Origin: Alphaproteobacteria bacterium
GTDB taxonomy: Bacteria > Pseudomonadota > Alphaproteobacteria > GM7ARS4 > G965262615
Length of the DNA stretch: 64,000 bases
Assembly: GCA_965262615.1 (NCBI GenBank)
Contig: OZ253545.1
Span: 384,001 to 448,000, forward strand
Direction: 5' to 3'
The position numbers and the translations under genes were made by a program. The notes under the pieces are model-generated. The model was not told the origin of the DNA, did no database searches, and saw only the letters and a list, made by a program, of their open reading frames with translations. Positions 26,129 through 38,044 of this stretch are shown here, one piece after another; positions within the stretch are counted from its first letter, which is position 1; the number at the start of each line of letters is the position of its first letter.

Positions 26129-28068
26129 TTCCTATTGATAAGCTGCTCACCTACCGATGGCAAGGCGATGGGGAGGCTCATTGTGGCACGCTGGTGGATG
26201 TGGAAGTGGGTCGCCGCAGGGTCACGGGATGCGTCTGGCACGATGATGACGACAAAAAGTCGTGGGATGAAAATCGCTTGAAAGAAGCATCACAGATTGC
26301 GGGCGCGCCGCGCTTTGGCTCTGATTTTATGTCATTTTTGCAATGGACGGCACACTGGAGCTACAATGCGCGCGGGCTCATTTTGAAAATGGCACTGGGA
26401 GCATCACTGCGTCTGAAAGGTAATTTTGACGCGAGCGATGCGGTGGAAGATAAAACGAAGGGGACATCTTTTGACTTGACGCAAGAGCAACAAACGGCAT
26501 GGCGGCGATTGATTGCAAAGAAATCGGGCGTGGTGCTGCTTGATGGAGTCACAGGCTCTGGTAAGACTCTGGTTTATATGGAGGCGATGGCTCACCACAT
26601 GGCATCAGGTGGTCAGGTGTTGGTTCTGCTGCCTGAGATTGCCCTTGTGCCTCAGTGGTTGTCGGTGTTTGAGGGGCGTTTTGGCTTTACGCCATTGTTG
26701 TGGCATAGCCAGTTGACACCGCGTATGCGCCGTCACACTTGGTTTTGTGCGGCGGCGGGCAATGCATCGGTTTTGGTGGGAACGCGCTCGGCATTGTTTT
26801 TGCCTCTGCCACGAGTGTCACTCATTGTGGTGGATGAGGAACACGACACCAGCTACAAACAAGAACAGGGAGTGATTTATCACGGACGCGACATGGCAAT
26901 CGCCCGCGCTCATCATGAAGGAATTCCCATTGTGCTGACATCGGCAACGCCCTCTCTTGAAACGGCAGCACATGTGGCATCAGGAAAATATGATTCCGTG
27001 CCACTAAAAAATCGCTATCAAGGCAGGTTGGCGACCATTCACACGATTGATATGCGCCGCCACGGAGCAACATCGGCGCGCTCTGATATCATCTCACCGC
27101 CACTGCAAAAGGCAATTCATGGAGCGCGAGCGCGAGGGCGACAGTGTTTGTTGTTTGTCAATCGGCGAGGTTATGCGCCTTTGACGCTGTGTCGGTCCTG
27201 TGGGCATCGGGTCACGGGACCTCAATGTGAGAATAGTCTTGTGTGGCATGTGTTTCGTAAAAAATTGATGTGCCATTACTGTGGATATGAACAAGACAAG
27301 CCGTCTCATTGCCCTGAGTGTGGCAAGAAGAATTTAATTCTGGTGGGCATGGGAGTGGAACGATTGGAGGAGGAAGCCAATCGTTTGTTTGCGGGAGAGG
27401 TCATTCGCGTTATTTCCAGTGATCGCATGGCGAAAAAATCGGCGTTGGAGACCACATTAAAAGAATTGCGAGAGGGCACGATTGGCATTGCCATCGGCAC
27501 ACAGATGATTGCCAAGGGGCATCATTTTCCTCATCTGGGATTGGTGGGCGTGATTGATGCCGATATGGGGCTTGCCAGTGATGATTTGCGTGCGGCGGAG
27601 CGATGTTATCAGACATTGCATCAGGTGGGAGGACGAGCGGGGCGAGAGAATCAGGATGGCGAGATTTATGTGCAAACCTACCAGCCGCATCATGCCGTGA
27701 TTGAGGCGTTGTGTTCTTATGATCGCGACCGATTTGTGTCATTGGAATTGAAAGGACGGCAGCGTTATGGCTTGCCTCCGTATGGTCGGCTGGCGGCGGT
27801 GATTGTCAGTGGACGCAATGGCGCACAGGTGGAAGAGGTGGCACAATCACTGGCAAAGAGCGCGCCGCAGCACAAGGAAATTCGGCTTTATGATGCAGTG
27901 CCCGCGCCCATTTTTATCGTGGCGGGAAGAAGGCGATGGCGGCTTTTGGTGAGCACGCAAAAGACCGACTATGCTCTGGCTTCCTACATGCGCTTGTGGT
28001 TGGGGCAGAAAAAAATACCCTCATCGGTCAAGATAGAGGTTGATATTGATCCCATGCACTTCTTGTAA
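26107..28068 (+). CDS. priA: Primosomal protein N'
   Basis: GVTGSGKT, DEEHD, SATPS, NRRGY, Cys cluster, KGHHFP, QVGGRAGR. Confidence 0.96.
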   Translation: MISVLTPLPIDKLLTYRWQGDGEAHCGTLVDVEVGRRRVTGCVWHDDDDKKSWDENRLKEASQIAGAPRFGSDFMSFLQWTAHWSYNARGLILKMALGASLRLKGNFDASDAVEDKTKGTSFDLTQEQQTAWRRLIAKKSGVVLLDGVTGSGKTLVYMEAMAHHMASGGQVLVLLPEIALVPQWLSVFEGRFGFTPLLWHSQLTPRMRRHTWFCAAAGNASVLVGTRSALFLPLPRVSLIVVDEEHDTSYKQEQGVIYHGRDMAIARAHHEGIPIVLTSATPSLETAAHVASGKYDSVPLKNRYQGRLATIHTIDMRRHGATSARSDIISPPLQKAIHGARARGRQCLLFVNRRGYAPLTLCRSCGHRVTGPQCENSLVWHVFRKKLMCHYCGYEQDKPSHCPECGKKNLILVGMGVERLEEEANRLFAGEVIRVISSDRMAKKSALETTLKELREGTIGIAIGTQMIAKGHHFPHLGLVGVIDADMGLASDDLRAAERCYQTLHQVGGRAGRENQDGEIYVQTYQPHHAVIEALCSYDRDRFVSLELKGRQRYGLPPYGRLAAVIVSGRNGAQVEEVAQSLAKSAPQHKEIRLYDAVPAPIFIVAGRRRWRLLVSTQKTDYALASYMRLWLGQKKIPSSVKIEVDIDPMHFL

Positions 28069-28122
28069 CGGAGCATCCCTTGTCAGAAGATGCTCTTTGT
28101 GTTAGGTGAGAGGAATTGACTG

Positions 28123-28692
28123 ATGGGAGGAGCTTCATCCACTTTAGAGCGCGTGGCGACTCGCTATGGGCGGGCGTTGTATGGCGCGGCACACGCACAG
28201 GCGAGTTGCGATGCGGTGCGCCATGATTGCGAGCGGCTCGCAACATTGCTTGAGGAGGTGCCAACACTCAGACGCTTCATTGCTAACCCCACTCATCGCC
28301 ATGATGACAAGGCGCGTGCTGTCTCATTGGTGGCGCGCCAGATGAAATGCCATGAGGTGACGGCGCGCTTTTTGCTGGTTTTGGCGCAGCGAGGACGGCT
28401 TGGGATTTTTGCCATCATTGCACGCCACTTTGCCGCTTTGTGTGATGAGGAAAACAATGTGATGACGGTCGCCGTCACATCGGCGCATCCTTTGACACAG
28501 CAACAGCAGCAGCAATTGGTGTTGCTGCTCAGTGATTATTATGGCAAGAGTGTGACTCTTGCGTTGCAGTTAAATGAATCTTTGCTGGGGGGATTGCGTT
28601 TGGAGGCGAATCATCGCCTCTATGATGCCTCCGTTGCCACCGCATTGCATGATATGACACAGCAATTAGAGATGAAAGGAATGGTGTCATGA
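28123..28692 (+). CDS. atpH: ATP synthase F1 delta
   Basis: RYGRALY, VTSAHPL, LLGGL; precedes atpA. Confidence 0.9.
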   Translation: MGGASSTLERVATRYGRALYGAAHAQASCDAVRHDCERLATLLEEVPTLRRFIANPTHRHDDKARAVSLVARQMKCHEVTARFLLVLAQRGRLGIFAIIARHFAALCDEENNVMTVAVTSAHPLTQQQQQQLVLLLSDYYGKSVTLALQLNESLLGGLRLEANHRLYDASVATALHDMTQQLEMKGMVS

Positions 28693-30241
28693 CAATTAAT
28701 GCAACGGAAATTGCCTCGTTGTTGGAAAAAGAGATTGCGGGCTTTGAACAAGAGACCGTATTGGAGGAGGTGGGTTATGTCATTTCGGTTGGCGATGGCA
28801 TTGCTCGTGTGTATGGTTTGGACAATGTGCGCGCGGGCGAGATGGTGTCGTTTGATGGTGGCATCAAGGGCATGGCTCTGAATTTGGAAACGGATAATGT
28901 GGGCGTTGTGATTTTTGGCAGTGACCGCACCATTAAAGAGGGGTCGGTTGTCAAACGCACGGGAGCGATTTTGGAAGCTCCTGTGGGCATGGGATTGCTT
29001 GGCAGAGTGGTGGATGCTTTGGGCAATCCTCTTGATGGCAACGGCGCGCTCAAGGATGTGAAAAATCATCGCGTGGAAGTGAAAGCACCAGGCATCATTC
29101 CGCGCCGCTCGGTGCATGAGCCTGTGCAGACGGGGCTTAAGTCCATTGATAGCCTTATTCCCATCGGCAGAGGACAGCGGGAATTGATTATTGGTGATCG
29201 CCAGACGGGAAAAACGGCGGTGATTATTGATACCATCCTCAACCAAAAAAAGGTTAATGATGCGGCAAAGAGCGAGCAGGAGAAACTGTTTTGCATCTAT
29301 GTGGCGGTGGGACAAAAACGCTCCACAGTGGCGCGGGTGGTTAAAACTTTGCACGATCATGGCGCGCTGGATTACACCATTGTGGTCTCGGCGACAGCGT
29401 CTGATGCCGCGCCCATGCAGTTTTTAGCGCCTTACACGGGGTGTTTGATGGGGGAATTTTTCAGAGACAACGGCAAGCATGCGGTCATTTTTTATGATGA
29501 TTTGTCTCGTCAGGCGGTGGCGTATCGTCAGATGTCTTTGTTGTTGCGCCGTCCTCCTGGCAGAGAGGCGTATCCGGGGGATGTGTTCTATTTGCACTCA
29601 CGCCTTTTGGAGCGTGCCGCTAAAATGAACGATGAGAACGGCGGCGGCTCGCTCACTGCCTTGCCGGTGATTGAGACGCAGGCGGGTGATGTCAGTGCCT
29701 ACATTCCCACCAATGTGATTTCCATCACCGATGGGCAAATTTTTCTTGAGACGGAATTGTTTTATAAGGGCATTCGCCCAGCTGTGAATGTGGGGCTATC
29801 GGTGAGTCGGGTGGGCTCGGCGGCACAAATCAAAGCCATGAAGCAGGTCGCAGGAACGATTAAGTTGGAGCTGGCACAATATCGTGAAATGGCGGCTTTT
29901 TCTCAGTTTGCTTCCGACTTGGATGCCTCCACTCGCAAAATGCTCGCACGGGGTGAGCGATTGACCGAATTGCTCAAACAGTCCCAGTATCAGCCGCTGG
30001 CGGTGGAGGAGCAGGTCGCCGTTATTTTCGCGGGAGTCAAAGGACTGCTTGATGAGTGTGAGGTCAGAGATATTTCACAGATGGAGGAATTGATTCTCCA
30101 AGAAGTGCGCCAAAAAGGCTCTGCCATTTTGAAAAATATTCGTGAGACCAAGTCTCTTTCTCAAGACGATGAAAAGAAGCTGCATCAGATCATCTCGCAG
30201 GTGGTGACGCAGCATCGACAAAGACAAAAGCGAGCATCGTA

Positions 30242-30242
<1 letters not shown>
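28689..30242 (+). CDS. atpA: ATP synthase F1 alpha
   Basis: [30 protein letters not shown]. Confidence 0.99.
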
Positions 30243-32535
<2,293 letters not shown>

Positions 32536-32537
32536 TC

Positions 32538-32921
32538 ATGGATCAGGCACTGCACTGCCGTCTGCTGACACCTCACAGCATCTGTTTTGAAGGGGAAGTG
32601 GAGCGGGTCATGATGCCCGGTCGTGATGGACGGTTTGGCGTTTTGCCCCGTCACATGTGGCTGCTCAGTGAGTTAAAAATGGGACTGGTGGTGCTGAAGA
32701 ACGCCAAGCAGCACCATTGCTTTTTTATTGATGGCGGATGCACGGAAGTCACGGCAAATTCTTGTGTCATTCTCGCCGATGACGCACAGGACATGGCGCA
32801 GTTTGACCGCAAAGCCTGCCAAAAAGACCATGATGCCGCCGTGCAAAAAGGAGACCCCATCAAAGCCTCTCGTTTGCACGCCATGATGCAAGCTCATGAT
32901 GCCAACAAGCGTCTCACTTGA
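32538..32921 (+). CDS. atpC: ATP synthase F1 epsilon
   Basis: LLTP, PGRDGRFGVLPRH, FIDGG.EV; follows atpD. Confidence 0.9.
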   Translation: MDQALHCRLLTPHSICFEGEVERVMMPGRDGRFGVLPRHMWLLSELKMGLVVLKNAKQHHCFFIDGGCTEVTANSCVILADDAQDMAQFDRKACQKDHDAAVQKGDPIKASRLHAMMQAHDANKRLT

Positions 32922-33399
32922 TAATGGCGCGCTGGCGCAATTCTGCAAAAACCCTTGTGTATGTCTCTCGTTTGAATGAAATGGCACACTCAATCACCTC
33001 GTTGGGTGATGCCCATCGCCAGCGAGTGAATTCGGGGTGCGAGGTGTCCAGATTGATGTGGGAGTCATCGCCATGAAAGCGCAGAGCAAACCACTTTTGT
33101 TTTTGTCCGATGAAGCGTCCGTTCCATAGTTTTTTAATCAATGGTGGTGGCAGGTCGTAATAATACCATCGCTGGCAGCTGCCCAGCACGGTGACAGTAT
33201 GTGACGGAATGGATGTTTCCTCTTCGAGCTCTCGCAGTGCCCCTGCGATTGGCTCTTCATCATCATGAATTCCGCCTTGGGGCATCTGCCATGCATCGGT
33301 TTTGATGTCTCTGCGTTGGGCGACAAAGATGTCGTCATGGCTGTTGAGAAGCACAATGCCCGCACAGGCGCGATAGTGGAAGTCAGATGGGACGCTCAT
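32914..33399 (-). CDS. rppH: RNA pyrophosphohydrolase (Nudix)
   Basis: WQMPQGGI, ALRELEEET, GQKQKWF, HPEF. Confidence 0.93.
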   Translation of the reverse strand: MSVPSDFHYRACAGIVLLNSHDDIFVAQRRDIKTDAWQMPQGGIHDDEEPIAGALRELEEETSIPSHTVTVLGSCQRWYYYDLPPPLIKKLWNGRFIGQKQKWFALRFHGDDSHINLDTSHPEFTRWRWASPNEVIECAISFKRETYTRVFAELRQRAIIK

Positions 33400-34705
33400 C
33401 ACGGCGCGCGATGGCAAGGCTACGCAATAAATCCAGTGCGCGCGCCAATTGATAGTCTTCAATGAGGGAGGGGTCGGTCACTGAATCGGTTTCGTTTTCG
33501 GCATTGTCTTGGCTTTTGCCGTGTTCCGTTCCTTTGTCCAATGCCCCTTCAAGGTCACTTTCGTGGCGGCTCTGTCCTTGTAGAAATTCAATGCGCCCTT
33601 GAGGAACAACAATATGAGGCTCAATGCCTTCGGCTTGAATGGAGCGTCCCGATGGCGTGTAGTAACGAGCGGTGGTCATGCGCAATCCGGTGTTGTTGGG
33701 CATGGGACGAATGGTCTGCACCGAACCCTTGCCAAAAGAGCGCGTGCCCATGATGATTGCCCGCTCATGATCGCGCAACGCCCCCGCCACAATCTCCGAT
33801 GCCGATGCCGAACCACTGTTAATCAAAACCACAAGAGGAAAGTCACGAGCCAAATCGCCTTCTTTGGCATTAAAGCGATACATGTCATCTTCATGACGCC
33901 CGCGGGTGGAGACGATTTCTCCATGATCCAGAAAAGCATCGCTCACGGCGATGGCTTGATCCAACAAGCCGCCGGGGTTGTTGCGCAAGTCAATCACAAA
34001 ACCCACCAAATTGGCGTTATCCTTTTTGATGGTGGCGATGGCTTTTTCCAGCTGTTGATAAGTCTTCTCATTGAAGGTGCTGATGCGAATGTAGCCCACA
34101 TCGCCTTCTTGACGAGATTTCACCGCTTGAATGTTAATCACATCGCGAATGATGGTCACTTCTTGAGGATCCACACCTTCGCGCAAAATCATCACACGAA
34201 TGGGCGTTCCCACCTTGCCGCGCATTTTGCGCACCGCCTCATTGAGAGTCATGCCAAAGACGGGGTCATCATCAATTTGACTGATAAAATCTCCTGCCTG
34301 CAAGCCTGCATTGGCGGCGGGGGTGTCATCAATGGGAGACACCACTTTCACAAGCCCCTCTTCCATCGTCACTTCAATACCCAAGCCACCAAAATCACCT
34401 CGTGTTTGTTCCCGCATCTCGTCAAAGGATTCCGCACTCAAAAAAGCCGAGTGAGGATCAAGAGAGCGCAGCATGCCATCAATGGCAGATTCAATCAGTT
34501 TCTTTGCCTCAGGCATCTCCACATAATCTTTTTGGATGATATCAAAAGCCTGACCAAACAATTGCAGCTGTTGATAGACATCTTCCTTCTTTTGAGGATG
34601 GGGCGATGGGGATTCGTTTTGAGCATGCGCGGCAGCAACGGACAGACATAAAACAGCCATCACCGCCAATCCTTGATACCTTGTGCTAAAAGAACGCATC
34701 GTCAT
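33383..34705 (-). CDS. ctpA: Carboxy-terminal processing protease (S41, PDZ)
   Basis: LDPHS, FGGLGIEV, DLRNNPGGLL, SASASEIV, SFGKGSVQ. Confidence 0.93.
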   Translation of the reverse strand: MTMRSFSTRYQGLAVMAVLCLSVAAAHAQNESPSPHPQKKEDVYQQLQLFGQAFDIIQKDYVEMPEAKKLIESAIDGMLRSLDPHSAFLSAESFDEMREQTRGDFGGLGIEVTMEEGLVKVVSPIDDTPAANAGLQAGDFISQIDDDPVFGMTLNEAVRKMRGKVGTPIRVMILREGVDPQEVTIIRDVINIQAVKSRQEGDVGYIRISTFNEKTYQQLEKAIATIKKDNANLVGFVIDLRNNPGGLLDQAIAVSDAFLDHGEIVSTRGRHEDDMYRFNAKEGDLARDFPLVVLINSGSASASEIVAGALRDHERAIIMGTRSFGKGSVQTIRPMPNNTGLRMTTARYYTPSGRSIQAEGIEPHIVVPQGRIEFLQGQSRHESDLEGALDKGTEHGKSQDNAENETDSVTDPSLIEDYQLARALDLLRSLAIARRDERPI

Positions 34706-34748
34706 GATTTTTCAACAAACGACAATATAGGAAATATTGTTTGATAAC

Positions 34749-35999
34749 TCAACCACCGCTTGTGTTGAGAGTCCATTGTTTTTGCTCAAACCATGTGACG
34801 GGATCGATGGGTGAGAGATGGTGGCGCAATTCGTAATGAAGGGTGGCGGGGTCGTCTTGTGAGGAGATCGTTCCGATGGGTTCGCTGGGTGTGACTTGTT
34901 GTCCGATGCCCACCAGAATTGTGGCGAGGTGGGACATCACGCTATGATACGAATCTCCATGATCAATGATCATCACTCGTCCCAAGGATTGAAATTGGGC
35001 GGCATAGATGACCGTTCCATACCACGGTGCTAAAACAGCCGTTCCCGCGGGAGCGGTCAGATTGATGCCATCTCCTTCTCGTTGCGATGACAGAATTTTT
35101 TGCAGTGGCAAAACAAGAGACTCCTTGCTTTGGGCAAAAGGCGCGCGCGGCGCAGTGCTTTCTGCGGATGAACTTTTTTCTTGAATTTCTTCTTGTGTGC
35201 GCTGGTGTGCCACTTGAGGATTGATGGAATGAGTTTCTTGAGTGTTTTCTTTTGGCGGCGATAGGTGTTCAATCAATTGACGCAAATCGGTGGCTTTTTT
35301 TGATAATTGGTCAATGCGTGCGTCCTCACTTTTGATTTGATAGGAGACTTTTTGCAATTGGTCTTGTTTGCGGCGAATCAATTGGTAGAGCTGGTCTTCT
35401 TCTTTTTGCAATTGGTCTTGCTGCTGTTTTTGCTTTTCTTTGAGAGCCGCCAGTTGATATCCTCGCTGTGCCACTTGTTCAATGGTGGTGCGGGTTTGGG
35501 TCATCATGTCGCGAAGGGGTCTTTCAATGGCGTTGAGAATGATGGCATTTTGCACACGGCGATGTGCCTCTTCAGCACCCATGATGGTGGCAGAATCAGA
35601 GCGCAACGCCAGCAGGCTCATGGCACTGACCACATCTTCTATTTTTTTACTGCTTGCCGATAGATTTTTGCGTTGCTGTTGTTGAGCCATGGCAAGGGCT
35701 GTCAGCTGCTGACTTGTGGCTCTGGCATCCTTTTGCAACTGATGAAGTCTTTGCGATTGTTTCGCAAGAGCATTGCTGACACGCGTCAGTTCGTCTTGCA
35801 ATTGGTCTTCATAGTCGGCAAGGCGTTTTTTTTGTTGCTTGGCTCTTGTGAGCTGGTCTTCAACGGTGGTCATGCGCTCTTGCGTTTGTGTGAGATCATT
35901 GCCGCCCGCGCGCGCCTCACCATGAATCAAAGTCATGGAGAGAAAAACAATTGCGATAAAGCGTGTCATGATGGCATTAAGGGCTAAAAATCGCTCCAA
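34749..35999 (-). CDS. envC: Murein hydrolase activator, EnvC-like (coiled coil plus M23)
   Basis: Signal peptide, long coiled coil, IIDHG, LHYELR; gpmI-envC-ctpA order. Confidence 0.78.
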   Translation of the reverse strand: MERFLALNAIMTRFIAIVFLSMTLIHGEARAGGNDLTQTQERMTTVEDQLTRAKQQKKRLADYEDQLQDELTRVSNALAKQSQRLHQLQKDARATSQQLTALAMAQQQQRKNLSASSKKIEDVVSAMSLLALRSDSATIMGAEEAHRRVQNAIILNAIERPLRDMMTQTRTTIEQVAQRGYQLAALKEKQKQQQDQLQKEEDQLYQLIRRKQDQLQKVSYQIKSEDARIDQLSKKATDLRQLIEHLSPPKENTQETHSINPQVAHQRTQEEIQEKSSSAESTAPRAPFAQSKESLVLPLQKILSSQREGDGINLTAPAGTAVLAPWYGTVIYAAQFQSLGRVMIIDHGDSYHSVMSHLATILVGIGQQVTPSEPIGTISSQDDPATLHYELRHHLSPIDPVTWFEQKQWTLNTSGG

Positions 36000-37510
36000 A
36001 TCAATGAGTGCCCATTCATGGCTTTTGGTTTCTCAAGTTCCATGATGTGCAAGATGGTGGGAGCAATGTCCGCCAAGCGACCTGTTTCTTTGAGTGTGAG
36101 ATTTTTGGCGGTCACGGCAATGAAGGGAACAGGATGCAGCGTGTGAAAGGTGTGAGGTTGTTTTGATGCGTCATCCACCATCTGTTCGGCGTTGCCATGG
36201 TCGGCGGTGACCAACACCGTGATGCCATGTTTTTGTGCCATATCGCACAATCGTCCGAGGGCTTGATCCACCGCTTCCACCGCTTGAATGGCGGCATCCA
36301 GCTGTCCTGTGTGTCCCACCATGTCGGGATTGGCAAAATTGAGAACGATGAGAGAATAGACATTTTGTTGCATGGCATGCAATGCCGCCTCAGTGATGTC
36401 ATCGGCGGACATGGCGGGGGTTTCGTCATAGGTTGCCACCCGTGGGGAAGGGATGAGCGCGCGCTCCTCACCGCCAAATGGCTCTTCTCTGCCGCCATTG
36501 AAAAAATAGGTCACATGGGCGTATTTTTCGGTCTCCGCCAGACGCAATTGCTTCAGATGATGATGGGCAATCACGCTTCCCAGTGTGTCTTGGGGAACAT
36601 AGGGCGGAAACATGGCATCAATGAAGCGATTGAGTCGCAGCGAATAGGAAGTCATGCCAATGGCGGCGGCAAAGGAGGGATGACGGGGGCGGTCAAATTC
36701 GTGCCACTCATCATCCAGCAGCGACAACAAAATCTGCCTGACTCGGTCGGCACGAAAATTGCTCATCAGCAAGCCATCACCATCGGTCACGCCGTCATAA
36801 TCGCCGATGACGATGGGAGGAATGAACTCATCGCTCAAGCCTTGCTCATAAAATGAGTGGATGGCAGTGATTGAATCGTTATGACGAGGCGCATCACCCA
36901 TCACGATGGCGCGCCAAGATTTCTCGGTGCGCTCCCAGCGGCGATCGCGATCCATCGTGTAATAGCGTCCGCTCATCGTGCCGATGGAGGCGCGCGGGCA
37001 GTCATGCAGGAGTGCAATGAAATCTTGCATGAAGGGAATGGCACTCATGGGAGCGGTGTCTCTGCCGTCCAAAATGGCATGAATAATGACCGTCACATCG
37101 GCATCATGCAAAGCTCTGACCAATTGAATCACATGATGCTGATGACCATGAACGCCACCAGGGGACATCAATCCCAACAGATGCACGGGCCCGCCTTGCA
37201 TGCGAGCGGCAAAAGAAGCAAAGGCATCATTGTGAATGATGCCGTGATCAATTGCCTCATTGATGCGCAGCACATCTTGCAAAATCACCCGCCCCGCTCC
37301 AATGTTGATATGCCCCACTTCCGAATTGCCCACCTGTCCATCGGGCAGACCCACATCCTTGCCGCAGGCATGCAGCAGGCAGTGAGGATAGCAATTCCAC
37401 AAGCGGTCAAAAACGGGGGTGTGTGCCAAATGAATGGCGTTATCGGGTGCATCGTCTCTCATGCCCCAGCCGTCAAGAATACAAAGCAAACAGGGAGAGA
37501 CGGCAGGCAC
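35984..37510 (-). CDS. gpmI: 2,3-bisphosphoglycerate-independent phosphoglycerate mutase
   Basis: ILDGWG, GNSEVGH, AETEKYAHVT, NPDMVGHTG, TADHGNAE. Confidence 0.97.
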   Translation of the reverse strand: MPAVSPCLLCILDGWGMRDDAPDNAIHLAHTPVFDRLWNCYPHCLLHACGKDVGLPDGQVGNSEVGHINIGAGRVILQDVLRINEAIDHGIIHNDAFASFAARMQGGPVHLLGLMSPGGVHGHQHHVIQLVRALHDADVTVIIHAILDGRDTAPMSAIPFMQDFIALLHDCPRASIGTMSGRYYTMDRDRRWERTEKSWRAIVMGDAPRHNDSITAIHSFYEQGLSDEFIPPIVIGDYDGVTDGDGLLMSNFRADRVRQILLSLLDDEWHEFDRPRHPSFAAAIGMTSYSLRLNRFIDAMFPPYVPQDTLGSVIAHHHLKQLRLAETEKYAHVTYFFNGGREEPFGGEERALIPSPRVATYDETPAMSADDITEAALHAMQQNVYSLIVLNFANPDMVGHTGQLDAAIQAVEAVDQALGRLCDMAQKHGITVLVTADHGNAEQMVDDASKQPHTFHTLHPVPFIAVTAKNLTLKETGRLADIAPTILHIMELEKPKAMNGHSLIWSDF

Positions 37511-37522
37511 TGACGACTTCCA

Positions 37523-38017
37523 TTATCTTTTGCTTTTTTTGAAAGAAACTTTCACAATTTCATAAGAATGCACACCGCCAGGGGTGGTGACTTCCACACT
37601 ATCGCCCGATGTTTTATTGATGAGGGCGCGCGCCAGCGGCGAATCAATGGAAAGACGCCCCTGATTGACATCCGATTCATCACCGCCAACGATTTGGTAT
37701 TCTTTTTTCTCGCCACTGTCTTCATCTTCTAAAAAGACATAAGCTCCGAAAATGACCCGATTGCCCGACAGTTTGCTGATATCAATGACCTCGGCATGAC
37801 CGATTTTAGCCTCCAATTCGGTGATTCTGCCTTCAATGAGTCCTTGTCGTTCCCGTGCGGCGTGATATTCGGCATTTTCTGATAAATCACCATGTTCGCG
37901 CGCCGCCGCAATGGCTTGAATCACGGCTGGTCTCTCGCTGTTTTTGAGATTTTCCAGCTCCGCTTTGAGCTTCTGATAGCCATCCATTGTCATGGGGTAT
38001 TTGACTGTATCACTCAT
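37523..38017 (-). CDS. greA: Transcription elongation factor GreA
   Basis: AREHGDLSENAEYHAA, SPLARAL. Confidence 0.97.
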   Translation of the reverse strand: MSDTVKYPMTMDGYQKLKAELENLKNSERPAVIQAIAAAREHGDLSENAEYHAARERQGLIEGRITELEAKIGHAEVIDISKLSGNRVIFGAYVFLEDEDSGEKKEYQIVGGDESDVNQGRLSIDSPLARALINKTSGDSVEVTTPGGVHSYEIVKVSFKKSKR

Positions 38018-38044
38018 GCTGCCCGTTCATTGTGGTGAAATCAA

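Noticed and set aside
28498-28515. Poly-Gln run in atpH as a contingency repeat
   Set aside because: Short, mixed CAG/CAA codons and in frame
33599-34651. Long alternative-frame ORFs opposite housekeeping genes (also 62..793, 20502..21392, 28620..29360)
   Set aside because: Antisense shadows of well-supported genes, with no recognisable motifs
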